Assembly (NCBI RefSeq): GCF_004010195.1
Contig: NC_057753.1
Span: forward strand, 3,503,514 to 3,567,513
DNA: 64,000 bases
Direction: 5' to 3'
Source: Chiloscyllium plagiosum
Taxonomy: Eukaryota
The position numbers and the translations under genes are program-made. Positions 51,580-64,000 of the stretch are shown here, piece by piece; position 1 is the first letter of the stretch, and every line of letters begins with the position of its first letter. A model generated the notes under the pieces. It was not told where the DNA came from and searched no databases. It saw nothing but the letters and a program-made list of their open reading frames with translations.

Positions 51580-54500
51580 CACTTACTGGGAGACCCAAGC
51601 TCATGGACTCCCGACAACATGGCCTGACCAGATCTAGAGCAAAATCACCAGATGTGCCCGAGGCCATCACCAGTGTCTAATAGAACAGGACCCAGCCAAT
51701 TACTTTCTGGAACGGACTATCCAAATCTTCCCCTGGGCCCGAACAGACAGTCAGGAAGTATAGGAGACACACTGACTGTAGATTGGACTGAAACAACTCG
51801 GTTTCAAGTCATTCTCCCCACCGTACTAATGGAAAATGTCCAAACTGTTGAAAAGAAACTGTACCACCTCAAAGCTAGACTCACCTACCAAATTGGTAAA
51901 AACAATGACTGCAGATGCTGGAAACCAGATTCTGGATCAGTGGTGCTGGAAGAGCACAGCAATTCAGGCAGCATCCGAAGACAGACAAAATCGACGTTTC
52001 GGGCAAAAGCCCTTCATCAGCCTGAAGGGCTTTTGCCCGAAACGTCGATTTTGCCTGTCTTCGGATGCTGCCTGAATTGCTGTGCTCTTCCAGCACCACT
52101 GATCCAGAATCACCTACCAAATTGCTCTGAGAGACTGCTGTTTTCTCTCTTTTATAGAGGCATGGCTCACCCCTGCTTCTTCATCCTGTGTCTTTCAACC
52201 TGGTATTTCTCAGTATACCAAGTGGACTGCGTGGCGTCCTTTGGCAAGGAAACGTTTGAATTATCATCCATCTAATCAACACCTCTTGGTGCTCAGACAT
52301 GGGACCATCGAGAGTGACTGTTCTGTGGGCCTGAACTATCTAATGGTGAGGCTCCGTTCTTAAATACCTGCTGCAGCAGTTCACTTCTGCTATTCTGACA
52401 GCAGTCTGAATCCCACCACATGCAGAAGTGAAGAGCTCATTTGATGAAATATACCACCATAAATCGCCTTGAGACAGAATCCCTGAAGCCTTGTTCATCA
52501 CCCCCGTTGACTCCACCAGGCCAAACTCACGATTGTGCTACCAAGATACCATATTCACATCTCCTATCAAACACTCCTGATCATTGTACACAATCAAAGA
52601 TGTCGAATACTGCCTACCCCTTACCCCAGCACCATCACCACATACCCATACGAAAAAGTCAGACATTAACGCTTTGATCCTTCTCCCGGCTAAAAAGCAA
52701 AACTGAAGCGTGAGAATCCAGTACAGATACTTTGGCAAAGGTTATCAGAGACGACACATGAGCTCCTATCTGATTACTTTAACTCAAGAAATTAGCAGCT
52801 AACTTAAGTGTGCATACCACTACCATTACAGACGTTATCAATAATGTGCAGGCGACTGAATGTGAAATAAATAAATTCATGTGCTTCCCAACTGGAAAAC
52901 ACGTGTGAGGCAGGAGACCGACTCCCTACTGAAGTCTAGGGCTTAGCCGTTCAAGTCGGGTGACTCTCAGCTACACAGGAAATCTAGATGGGTGCCGAGA
53001 GACCATAACAGAATAGAGTCCCAGATTAGCCACATGAATACATGTCAACTGTGGCAAGGCTCATATAACAGGAATACAAAGTCAACTTGATTAAAATAGA
53101 TTCAGGATGAGATCAATTCATTCCCTTCTCATTGTGAACTCAAGTTCAATGAAGTTATGCCACCCTGCCTCGAAAACCTTGGATACAACTATTCCCTCAT
53201 TCAACACCACAAACTTTGAATAGGTTCTCTTGAGAGAGAATCAGGAGAAAGCTATGGGCCTAGTTGGAGTCCCCAGACGTGCACTCAGATTCTGCGCAGA
53301 GCAACTTGTGAGAACCTTTGCAGACATCATTAAAATCCTTACACTAATCTGCGGTTCCCACCTGCTTCAAGACCACCACTGTCATCCCAGTGTAAAAGAA
53401 AGATCAGGCAGCATGTCTTAATGACTACTACCCAGTAGCTCCGACATCCCAACATTATGAACTGCTTCAAGAGATTAGTAATCTCGTCTCCCAGATTGCC
53501 TCGATCCATTACAATTTGCATAATATTACAATAGGTCTACAGCAGATAACGTCATCCTGGCCCTGTACTTATCCAGACTCCTATTTATTGACTTCAGCTC
53601 CGACTGCAACACCAAAACTCCAACAAAATTAACTTCCAGATGCCCAGACGAAGGACTCTATTCCCTTCCCATCCTGCCCCGCCCCCACCAATGCAATGTG
53701 ATCCTCGACTTCCTAACCTGCACTCCGCAATCAGTAAAGGTGTGTAACAACGTCTCCTGCATGAAAATCCTTCACACCGCTGCCCCACAAGGATATTTAC
53801 TCAGACCCTCGGCATGCTGTGTGCATAATCATAGTTGTGCAGCCAAATTCTACTGTAACTCCATTTACAAGTTTGCGGATGATACCACATAATGGGTTGA
53901 ATCTTAAACAGCAACAAGACAGATTGCAACAAAGTGATAGAGAGGTTAATGTTATGATGTAAAGACAACAATGTCACCTTGCAGATTAGAAAACCGAAAG
54001 AGATGGTCAACCACTTCAGGAAGTGCAGTAGAGGGTAAGCCCGTCTGGATCAATAGTGCTGAGCTGGAGTTGGTCGAGAGCTTCAAGTTCCGAAGAGTAA
54101 ATATCACTAACAATCTGTTCTGGCTCATCCATGTCTACACAACTGTAATGAAAGAATACCAATGCTCCTAATATATCAGAAGATAAAGGAAATTCTTCAT
54201 GTCTACAATGGCTGTTACCAATTTCTGTCGATGAACCATGGAAAGCATTCCGTCCGGATGCATCACAACTTTGCATGGGAAGTGCTCTCCTCAAGATTGT
54301 AAGAAATTACAGTGAGTTGTTAACGTAGCCCCAAACCAGCCTTTCTTCCAGTGACTCCTTCGATGCTTCCCACTGCGTCCATAAAACAGATAATGTAGCA
54401 AACAACACTCCCAACTGGTTGTATTCTCTTCGACCCTATTTTGTCGGGTAGCAGATACGAAAGCTTGAAAACATATACCGCCAAATACAAGATTCGACTC

Positions 54501-54695
54501 TTTCCTGCTATGGCCAGACATTTGAACCGACGTCTCTTGCATTAGAACTGATACTTCTTTGCTCATTCTCTGCTGTTGTAACATGATATTCTGCCTTCTG
54601 ATCTACCGTGACATAATTATGTAAGGTCTAATTTCTCTGGATAGCACCATATCGCTGTACATGTAACAATAACATATCAAATCAAATCCAAACAA
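51580..54695 (+). mobile_element. Near full-length decayed Rex-Babar-type LINE (APE endonuclease + RT)
   Basis: VLMENVQTVEKKL.HLKARLTYQ, CLNDYYPVA.TS, LDPLQFA, IYKFADDTT, TMESIPSGCIT; (aaatc)n tail. Confidence 0.85.
51896..52109 (-). mobile_element. Penelope pLTR fold-back mini-insertion with 15-bp TSD and hammerhead core
   Basis: TCACCTACCAAATTG at 51881-95 and 52110-24; 89-bp inverted arms 51928-52016 and 52023-52111; minus strand CTGATGA-A-GGGC(TTTT)GCCC-GAAA-C-GTC. Confidence 0.9.
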
Positions 54696-54794
54696 ATTGA
54701 TTGTTCAGCGTGGAGCTGTTTTAGAAATAATATTGGACTCTGAGTCACCTTTTTGTAATGCTGATTAATACTTTTTATAATTTATGTCCTTTTT

Positions 54795-57362
54795 GAGAAA
54801 TAAGAAAGGGAACATAATCTTATTGGGTTTGTATTATAAACCCCGAAGAGTCAGAGGGAAATTGAGAAACAAACTTGTAAGGAGATCTCAGCTATCTGTA
54901 AGGTGGTTATGGCAGGGGATTTTAACTTTTCAAAGATAGACTGGGACTGCCATAGTGTTAAAGGGTTACATGGAGAGGAATTTGTTAAGCGTGTACAAGA
55001 CAAGTTTCTGATTCAGTATGTGGATGTGCCGACTAGAGAAGGTGAAAAACTTGACCTACTCTTGGGAAATAAGGCAGGGCAGGTGACTGAGGTGTCAATG
55101 GGAGAACACTTTGGGGCCAGCGATCATAATTCTATTCTATTTAAAATAGTGATGGAAAAGGATAGACCAGATCTAAAAGTTAAAGTTCTAAATTGGAGAA
55201 TTGGAGAAAGGCCAATTTTGACGGTATTAGGCAAGAACTTTCGAATGCTGATTGGAGGCAGATGGTTGGAAAATGGGGAGATTTCAGAAATGAGATAACG
55301 AAAACCAAGAGAAAGTATATTCCTGTCAGGGTGAAAGGAAAGGCTGGTAGGTATAGGGAATGATAGATAACTAAAGAAGTTGAGGGTTGGATTAAGAAAA
55401 AGAAGGTAGCATATGTAAGGTTTGGACAGGATAGATCGAGTGAATCCTTAGAAGGGTATAAAGGAAGTAGGAGTATATTTAAGAGAGAAATCAGGAGGAC
55501 AAAAAGGGGACATGAGATAGCTTTGGCAGATAGGATTAAGGAGAATCCAAAGAGTTTTTACAAATACATTAAGGACAAAAGGGTAACTGGGGAGAGAAAA
55601 GGGCCCCTCAAAGATCAGCAAGGTGGCCTTTGTGTGGAGCCGCAGAAAATGGGGGAGATACTAAATGAATATTTTGTATCAGTATTTACTGTGGAAAAGG
55701 ATATGGAAGATATAGACTATAGGGAAACAGATGGAGACATCTTGCAAAATGTCCAGATTACACAGGAGGAAGTGCTGGCTGTCTTGAAGCGGGTAAAGGT
55801 GGATAAATCCCCAGGACCGTATCAGGTGTGCCCGAGAACGCTGTGGGAAGCTGGAGAAGTGATTGCTGGGCCTTTTGCTGATATATTTGTATAATCGATA
55901 GTCACAGTTGAGGTGCTGGAAAACTAGAGATTGGCTAACGTGTTGCCACTGTTTAAGAAGGGTGGTAAGGACAAGCCAGGGAACTATAGACCAGTGAACC
56001 TGACCTCGGTGGTGGGCAAGTTGTTGAAGGGAATCCTGAGGGACAGGATGTACATGTATTTGGTAAGGCAAGGACTGATTCGGAATAGTCAACATGGCTT
56101 TGTGCGTGGGAAAACATGTTTCAGAAACTTGATTGAGTTTTTTGAAGAAGCAACAAAGAGGATTGATGAAAACAGAGCAGTATATGTGATCTATATGGAC
56201 TTCAGTAAGGCGTTCAACAAGGTTCTCGATGGGAGGCTGATTAGCAAGGTGAGATCTCATTGAATACTTGGAGAACTAGCCATATGGATACAGAACTGGC
56301 TCAAAGGTAGACAACAGAGGGTGGTGGTGGAGAATTGTTTTTCAGACTGGAGGCCTGTGGCAGTGGGGTGCCACAAGGATCGGTGCTTGGTCATTTAATT
56401 TTTGTCATTTGGATGCGAGCATAAGAATTACAGTTAGTAAGTTTGCAGATGACACCAAAATTGGAGGTGTAGTGGACAGCGAAGAGGGTGACCTCAGATT
56501 ACAACAGGATCTGGACCAGACGGGCCAATGGGCTGAGAAGCATCAGATGGAGTTTAATTCAGATAAATGCGGGGTGCTGCATTTTGGGAAAGCAAATCTT
56601 AGCAGGACTTATACACTTAATGGTAAGGTCCCACGGAGTGTTGCTGAACAAAGAGACCTTGGAGTGCAGGTTCACAGCTCCTTGAAAGTGGAGTCGCAGG
56701 TAGATAAGATAGTGAAGAAGTCGTTTTGTATTCTTTCTTTTCTTGGTCGGAGTATTGAGTAAAGGAGTTGGGATGTCATGTTGCAGCTGTAGAGGACATT
56801 GGTTAGGCCACTGTTGGAATATTGTATGCAATTCTGGTCTCCTTCCTATGGGAAAGATGTTGTGAAACTTGAAAGGGTTGAGAAAAGATTTACAAGGATG
56901 TTGCCAGGGTTGGAGGATTTGTGCGATAGGGCGAGGCCGAACAGGATGGGGCTGTTTTCCCTGGAGCGTTGAAGGCTGAGGGGTGACTTTATAGAGGTTT
57001 ACAAAATTATGAGGGTCATGGATAGGGTAAATAGGCAAAGTCTTTTCCCTGTGGTCGGTGAGTCCAGAACTAGAGGGCATTGGTTTAGGGTGAGAGGCGA
57101 AATACATAAAAGAGTCCTACATGGCAACTTTTTCACACAGAGTGTGGTATGGGTATTGAATGAGATGCCATAGGAAGTGGTGGAGGCTGGTACAATTGCA
57201 ACATTTAAGAGGCATTTGGATGGGTATATGAATAGGAAGGGGTTGGAGGGATATGGGATGGGTGCTGGCAGGTGGGACTAGATTGTGTTGGGCTATCTGG
57301 TCGGCATGGACGAGTTGGACCAAAGGGCCTGTTTCCATGCTGTACATCTCTATGACTCTATG
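54795..57362 (+). mobile_element. Young CR1 ORF2 (endonuclease end + RT) with 3' UTR
   Basis: VMAGDFNF..IDW, LDLLLGN, ASDHNSI, VDKSPGP, NYRPVNLTSVVGK, YMDFSKAF, FADDTKIGG; tail ctctatgactctatga. Confidence 0.95.
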
Positions 57363-58203
57363 ACATGGATCGTTTTTGGCCCGATTCTCTGGAAATAGTT
57401 TCTCCCCAGTTAATCGGACTAATATTGGATTGATTCCATTTTCTGTCATAACGAACCTAATATACAATTTACCATGACAATTGTTCCTTATTTTCTCACC
57501 AGTCATGAGTTTTGTGGGCATTCTTATGAAGGCCTAAACATAAATTCCTCACGAACTCTACAGTATTCACAATGATAACAATTCTGAAAAGTCTCGATCT
57601 TGGCCGAGCATCCCAACGTTCACAGTTTTTAGTATTCTGGAAATTCAGACCTTGCAATTCCCGGACATGCTGGATAGAAAGATTAAAGAAAATGGTTCCC
57701 GAGTAAGTACGTAACTGATACATCAAACATTCCATTCAGTGGAAAGGTTCGTTCTAATAATGTCAGGGTCGATGAAGAGAAATATGCTCAAAACAACTGA
57801 AACAAAAAATATTATGACCCGTACTCAAAATATGCGAAGATGACACCCTAGGTCATAACTATTTCCTGTTTTAAATGTAAGTGCCAGTTGTAGAGTTCCG
57901 AATGCAATATGATTAGTGAAATTACCAATTTGAAGCATTTTGTACATTTTTACATCAAAATACATCAAAATGAAAAGGAATTTTGAATAACGTGCCTGTA
58001 TTAGAAAAGTTAACACATTAATAGATTACTTAACTAGTAGACAGTAATTGTTCTAACACAGCAAGATTCCATGAATGTAACCTTGCCAAAGGCAAATTCG
58101 GTAGTTTAGATTGTCTGGCATGCAATTCTCTCGTTCAGGAGCAAAAGAAAAATGAAGACATATCTCTGCGATAGAGAGGGGCGGCGTGGCGGGGGTGGGG
58201 GGT

Positions 58204-58233
<30 letters not shown>
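58204..58233. repeat. (GA)n microsatellite
   Basis: Imperfect GA run. Confidence 0.85.
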
Positions 58234-58234
<1 letters not shown>

Positions 58235-59454
58235 AGCAAGGAGAGATGTATAACATTTTCCAACCGAGCTTCAAGACTCCAGCAAACGCTGCCACTGAAA
58301 AACTAAAGCTAAAAATCCTGGCAATGAGGTTCCAATTCAGGCTGTATCTAGTTTTACAATTTCAAAAAGATCCCAAGGCCCCACAAGCTATTTATTTTAC
58401 TCGATTCAAATAAACATCTCACTCCCTCTGTCTTAACAACATACGTTAAAAAAAAAACAAAGACATCTGTTTAAGCCATAGTATCATCACAGAACCATTA
58501 GGAAAAATAAGACAGAGACAGTTCTGGGTCTTGCCACCATGGCATTTACCGATTCAGGGGATATCATCTCATTCAGAAACGTTAGGATAGAAGCTTGCGG
58601 CATTAAGATCAGAAGGAGAGAAAAAAAGCACCAAAATATCATAATGTTCAAGAACTGGCAGCTTGTGAACTGCTTAACAATGCAGAACTGGCATTGGCTA
58701 GCAAAACACAGAGAATCATGAAAAATAAAGCGAACGCAAAAAAAAAAACTGCTGCTCAGCTGCATTGAGCAGGAGACAGTTTTACTTTCGAACCTGCCAG
58801 ACTGGGACGCAGTTTTTGGTTTTGCTATCTGCAGTTATTCTCTTGTTATAAAACTGTTGAACGTTCTGAGAAAAGAACACTGGTCTGTAATGAATAAGCA
58901 AAATGTCTCCAGAGGCGATCAGAAGTTGTTAGTACTGTCAAGGGACCTCAGAATTCAGACAAAATACATAATACTACATGGCTTGCATACCACCTATCGA
59001 CAAAGTGTTTCATGAAGGTCTGGTGTTCATTAATGACATTGCTATTGACCTGCCAAATTAGCACTACTTTTTTGATATTAATTCATTAACTGTGTGTCTC
59101 TTTGCATTTGATGCATGAGTCAGACTTCATATTCAAAGAAGATTGAATTTATATCATCAACAATAATGAAATTTGCTTGCCATTTATTTGAGTTGTGCAA
59201 AAGTTACATTTTATGTTTATATGATAAATGTGGTGACGAACATTCTATTATTTGTAGAGTCACTTTGCAACAACCGAGCAATTTTGTTGGGCATTGAATG
59301 TTTTGTGATTGTTTTGTTGTAATTCGAGTGAAAGAGAGGGTGATTTGGTTTGGTTTGCTATCCCTGCACTCTAATAATAAGAAGAATTTGCAGGAGGCAA
59401 CGTAAACTCTTTTCTCAGCTGAAAATGTTGCTCATTGTTTTACGCAGTTCTTGA

Positions 59455-60020
59455 TAGGTATTTCAGCAATGATGCAGCTGGTCAAACCACTTAGTTTTAA
59501 ACAAAGCAGAATTTATATACCAGATTACCGAATGAAACAGAAACAAAAGAGAACAGAATAATGAATAACTTGACATGTCCGAAACCCAACAGATTACCAA
59601 AATTTAATGATGCTGTTATAAATACTTGCAACAGTTCCCATAAACATCCTTTGGCAAAAAAGAAAAAAAAAATCAGTGCAAGTTCTTACAGACAGATGTC
59701 AGACAGAAAGTGGTTGAATGACACGTCTTCTTTGGGTATAACTGCTTTAAAACCGACTGACTAGCTTCCCTAAACAGACAGATTGCTAAAACCAAAATCA
59801 GAGTAAAGCTGAGCTGGGCGATCTGGTTACTCCCCTTTCATTGGAAAGCGTTTTTTTTTAACTTGAAAACCTTTGCTTGAGGCAGTACTTATTAGCTATA
59901 ATCAAAATGGCCCTAAACCCCATCCGAGCTTGTCCTTTTCGAATTTCTGCTTTTACGAACTCTCTGTAAAGAAAGCGAAGGACAGCATAACCATCTTAAA
60001 AGAGCAGAATAATTGCAATA
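59455..60020. mobile_element. Truncated solo-LTR-like element, same orientation as 4307-4993
   Basis: gatgcagctggtcaaaccact, actcccctttcatt and aaggacagcata are shared with the other copies. Confidence 0.65.
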
Positions 60021-61811
60021 ATCAAGCAAAACATGTACTATTAGTGCATATGAATGAACCCCTTTCGAAGGACTACCAATTATTAGGGCCACATTTGCTG
60101 TTATTCTGCTGATTTAGTTTTGTAATTGTGAATGTGCATGCATGTCAATATTTAAAATATATGACGATTTTAGATAAAATGTTTATCAGTGTGTATATTA
60201 TCTGATTTGACAGTTACTTGCAAATTATATATTTTATGCCAGTGGCAATTATTGTGCACTTCATGTATTTGTGTTATCCGCTTTTCTTTTAATATATGTT
60301 ACTCAATAGCTCTCAGCCTGCTCACTATATTAGCAAGACGTTCTTTATGCGGGATTGGACACAAGTCCAATAGTGTAGGCCTTTGTCTTCGAAAGTTGCA
60401 TTTCTGCCTTTAGACTGCACTGATTGGAACGAAGTCAGCCAATTGGATAAAATAAAATGTGAATTTCCTCAGTGGGGCCTGTTAATCTAGTCCAATCGGA
60501 GAGCCTTGGCTGACAGATGCGAACAGGAATATAAGAAGTTCTGTTCACTCTGAGAGCTGGCTTTCCAGTGGTTGGATTACTGTCAAGGATTCTCCACGTG
60601 TAAGTAAAAGTTAACGTAGTGACAGGGTACTGGCTCGTTTGCAAATATTTAACAGGCGAGAAAAGCATGTTCTTGAAGTACTTGACTCACAACAGCTGAC
60701 TTGAATTAGGAATCGCATTTCTGGCATTATGCTGTGATTTGGGAAGCTTAACTCATTCGATTCTGCCATCGAAGTCTAGACCCAGCATCTGGAAAGAATT
60801 TGTTTTTTTTTTCAGGCAAGTCACATTGGAAAGCAATCAGTAATTCTACTGATAGCTTGTAGATCCACAGATTCTTCACTTCGATCAGCCGAACCTTCTC
60901 TGAGGCACCAAATGCTAAAATATTTCCCGTGTTGATGGATTTAGTTAAGGAACATTACGACCCTAAGCCTTATCTAATACTAATACGCTATCAGTTTTAT
61001 CTGGCAATTTGAGAACCAGGAGAAACCGTATCAGGACATTTGATTAGGTTAAGATGACTGACAGAGGCATGCAACTTTAGTTAAATTGTAATGAGATGCT
61101 GAAACACCGTTTGCTATGTTGGATTAATGATGTCACAATGCAAAAACGCCACTGGCAAAAGCCCAACTGGAAAATTCGGCAAGGGAAGCATGTGACTCAT
61201 AGGGTATTGCCACAGAACTGTATATCGTCGCCAATCTGCCTGAGCTTATGAAGACCCCTTGAGATAAGGTAATTGCATCGAGTCATTCAAGACATATCCT
61301 GAAAAGAAGTACTCTGAGTCAGTTCACAGTAAAACCCAAAGTCTAGGTAAACAATTAAAATTTTCTTCAGTTTCTGGACCAGTAAGCTAATGGAGTTGTT
61401 TTCTGGATTAGACTCACGACAGCAAAAGAGTACCACTAGTCCAAAATTGCCGAAGAGAACTCCTACGCCCGTATCCACGAGGATGCACATTCTGGAAAAT
61501 TCATGGACATCTGGTTTGGAACAGTTAAATTGCACAGCAACATCCAAATCGTAACCTATCAAAATAAAATTCCAGCCAAAAAGTCACCCAGTTCAGATCT
61601 GGGTTTGATAGCAGTGTGACTGCTTCACTGATCGTAGAACTAGTCTTTAACAATATTTGCTCTGGACTTCAATCCTTACATTTGTATAATATCTTGGCTA
61701 GACTGAGAACTTCTATCAAGAAAGTTTACAGATTAAGGATACAACTTCAGTTCTTTTTTTTATGAGAAGCAGCTGGGTCAGTTATCACTGATTGTAGTAT
61801 AAAGTTGGATA

Positions 61812-62662
61812 GAACATAAAACATAGAACATAGAACAATACAGCACAGAACTGGCCCTTCGGCCCACGATGTTGTGCCGAACATTTGTCCTAGCTTAAGC
61901 ACCCATCCATGTACCTATCCAATTGCCGCTTAAAGGTCACCAAAGATTCTGACTCTACCACTCCCACAGGCAGCGCATTCCATGCCCCCACCACTCTCTG
62001 GGTAAAGAACCCACCCCTAACATCTCCCCACCAAAGTCCTGTGCAGTTGCAACATCACTTCACGACTCTTGATTTCAATCCCTCTGCTAATGAACGCTAA
62101 TACACCATAGGCCTTCTTACAAGCTCTATCCACCTGAGTGGCAACTTTCAAAGATCTATGAACATAGACCCCAAGATCCCTTTGTTCCTCCACCTTACTA
62201 AGAACCCTACCTGAAGAAGGGCTTATGCCCGAAACGTCGATTCTCCTGTTCCCTGGATGCTGCCTGACATGCCGCGCTTTTCCAGCAACACATTTTCAGC
62301 TAAGAACCCTACCGTTAACCCTGTATTCTGCATTCTTATTTGTCTTTCCAAAATGGACAACTTCACACTTGGCAGGGTTGAACTCCATCTGCCACTCTTC
62401 AGCCCAGCTCTGCATCATATCTAAGTCTCTTTGCAGCCGACAAGAGCCCTCCTCACTATCCACAACTCCACCAATCTTCGTATCATCTGCAAATTTACTG
62501 ACCCACCCTTCGACTCCCTCATCCAAGTCATTAATAAAAATTACGAACAGCAGAGGACCCAGAACTGATCCCTGCGGAACTCCACTTGTAACTGGGCTCC
62601 AGGCTGAGTATTTACCATCTACCACCACTCTCTGACTTCGACCGGTTAGCCAGTTTTCTAAC
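61812..62662 (-). mobile_element. Young CR1 fragment nested in Gypsy
   Basis: SGVPQGSVLGPLLFVIFINDLDEG…SKFADDTKIGG…WQMEFNPAKCEVVHFG; (catagaa)n tail. Confidence 0.93.
62212..62299 (+). mobile_element. 88-bp Penelope pLTR insertion starting at a hammerhead core, 14-bp TSD
   Basis: CTAAGAACCCTACC at 62198-211 and 62300-313; CTGAAGA-A-GGGC(TTAT)GCCC-GAAA-C-GTC. Confidence 0.88.
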
Positions 62663-64000
62663 CATGGATGTGGCGAAATTGAACGAGAGAGATTCAATTT
62701 AATTGGCTCAGCATTTTACATTTAGAAAACGGCTGCCAGAGTGAAATTCTAATTAAATGCCCAGAAGATGATAAAGTCACCTTGCATGTTGACTGGGAAG
62801 AAATTCTACAAATCTGTGAGGCCTGTTCAATGCCCCTTGCCTTAAATGCAAAGTAGACGCAGAAATCTGGAGGTTCGGAAGCGAAGGAATCATACCACCA
62901 GGCGAACTTGCAAAATATACACCAAAGGTTGTCACAATTCTGATGCCGTTTGTGTGGATTTCTCCAAATAAGGTGCAGCCATAGGAGGTTTAAAACAGCC
63001 GTGTGTTCCAGGCACCCCATGTCACCGACTTGGGCTACAGAGTCAAAAGAGGCAGGATACAACAGTATGGAAGATAAAATGAGAGCAATTACATGTACTC
63101 TGGCTTCCATGTGTCTTGAAGCTTCGTCTTTGCTTGAATTGGTGAATTATTACCAGAAATAATCTCGCCTTAATCCTGGTAAACTTGCATTTGTCATTGA
63201 AATATGTCAGCCTTGGAAATGGACTCGTAACTAAAATGTAACCTTCATCGAAGTGAAGAAGCAGTACCGTTGGCATGATACATCCCAAGTGAGATGCAGT
63301 GCTGACATGCGATGCCTCCTCATACCGCATCAGCATTGTGTTGGCTCACCAATGCCGAGAGGAGAGGGAAGCCCCATTGAATATGCTTCCCAGACTTTGA
63401 CTGATGCCAAATGAAACTACACCCAGGTAATGGAGGAGGGTTGCCATTCATTTTTGCTGTGGGAATGTTCCACCAAAACCTTTAAGGATGTCAATTTGCA
63501 ATAGTAACATACCAGAAGACCCTGCTTCGGCTATATAAAGAGTACAGAGCATGGCGATCCACAGCATCTGTTCGAATGTGCCAACAAGGACACATATTAT
63601 GGCCAGCACCTCTAACACCTCCGTGGGAATGCCAGGAAGAGTGGACTTGGTTACATGTTGAGTCCGCAGGTCCATTCATGGACTCAATGTTCTCAGTCGT
63701 TGTAGATGTCCGTTCAAAGTGATTGGAAGTGCATTAACTTCATTCCTCAAATACGGGGACGACATTTGAAAATCTGTGAGCATCTTTTGAAATCAGCGGA
63801 TGCATGGTCACAGACAGGAGTCATCATTTACCAGCAGGGAATTCCAATATTTTCTTTTGTCGAATAACAGTTATATAACATCAATCTTTCAATGGTCTGT
63901 TGGTGACAGCGGTCCAAACTTTAAAGGGATGCTAAAAGAAAATGCTGAAAGCCTCAGTTGGTACAAAACAGTCCCAGCCAAGTTCGGAAATGCAGTTCTG

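Larger units (their letters stand above)
60416..64000 (+). mobile_element. Decayed Ty3/Gypsy LTR retrotransposon (5' LTR about 60416-60652, gag, PR, RT, RH, IN), running off the window
   Basis: FGKLNSFDSAIE gag start; LNCTATSKS*PIKI protease region; LTCDASSY RNase H; WTWLHVESAGPFMDSMFSVVVDVRSK*LEVH integrase. Confidence 0.85.

Noticed and set aside
51652..52275. 207-aa ORF, longest after the GPCR
   Set aside because: Chance read-through of a Rex-Babar remnant across a palindromic Penelope insertion
55679..57107. 193-aa and 182-aa minus-strand ORFs
   Set aside because: Antisense shadows of CR1 ORF2
58176..58203. G-rich run, possible G-quadruplex (also the C-run at 15100-15126)
   Set aside because: Low-complexity sequence beside microsatellites; no functional context
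1..64000. CRISPR arrays, operons, rRNA or other prokaryotic systems
   Set aside because: None seen; the sequence is vertebrate genomic DNA with spliceosomal introns

Overview
AT-rich, repeat-dense vertebrate DNA. The repeat content (HE1/V-SINE-type SINEs, abundant CR1 LINEs, Penelope-like, Rex-Babar, RTE and Gypsy relics) points to a cartilaginous fish, probably a shark (inference). The only convincing intact host gene is a two-exon class A GPCR of the GPR139/GPR142-like group (+ strand, 23939-24008 joined to 29746-30656, 326 aa). It lies in a small birth-and-death cluster with a head-to-head two-exon pseudogene (- strand, 11052-13602), an older + strand pseudo-exon (2284-2620) and a 146-bp displaced copy (8642-8787). 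The two receptor promoters share a TATA-like box exactly 57 nt before the ATG, preceded by a homeodomain site and an O/E (EBF)-consensus site. That layout resembles olfactory receptor promoters and suggests an uncharacterised chemosensory receptor family (hypothesis only). Four young Penelope-derived mini-insertions carry target-site duplications; three contain a minimal hammerhead ribozyme core and two are fold-backs. The rest is nested, decayed retroelements plus one 140-N assembly gap. Repeat boundaries are approximate and repeat families were recognised by eye, not by database search.
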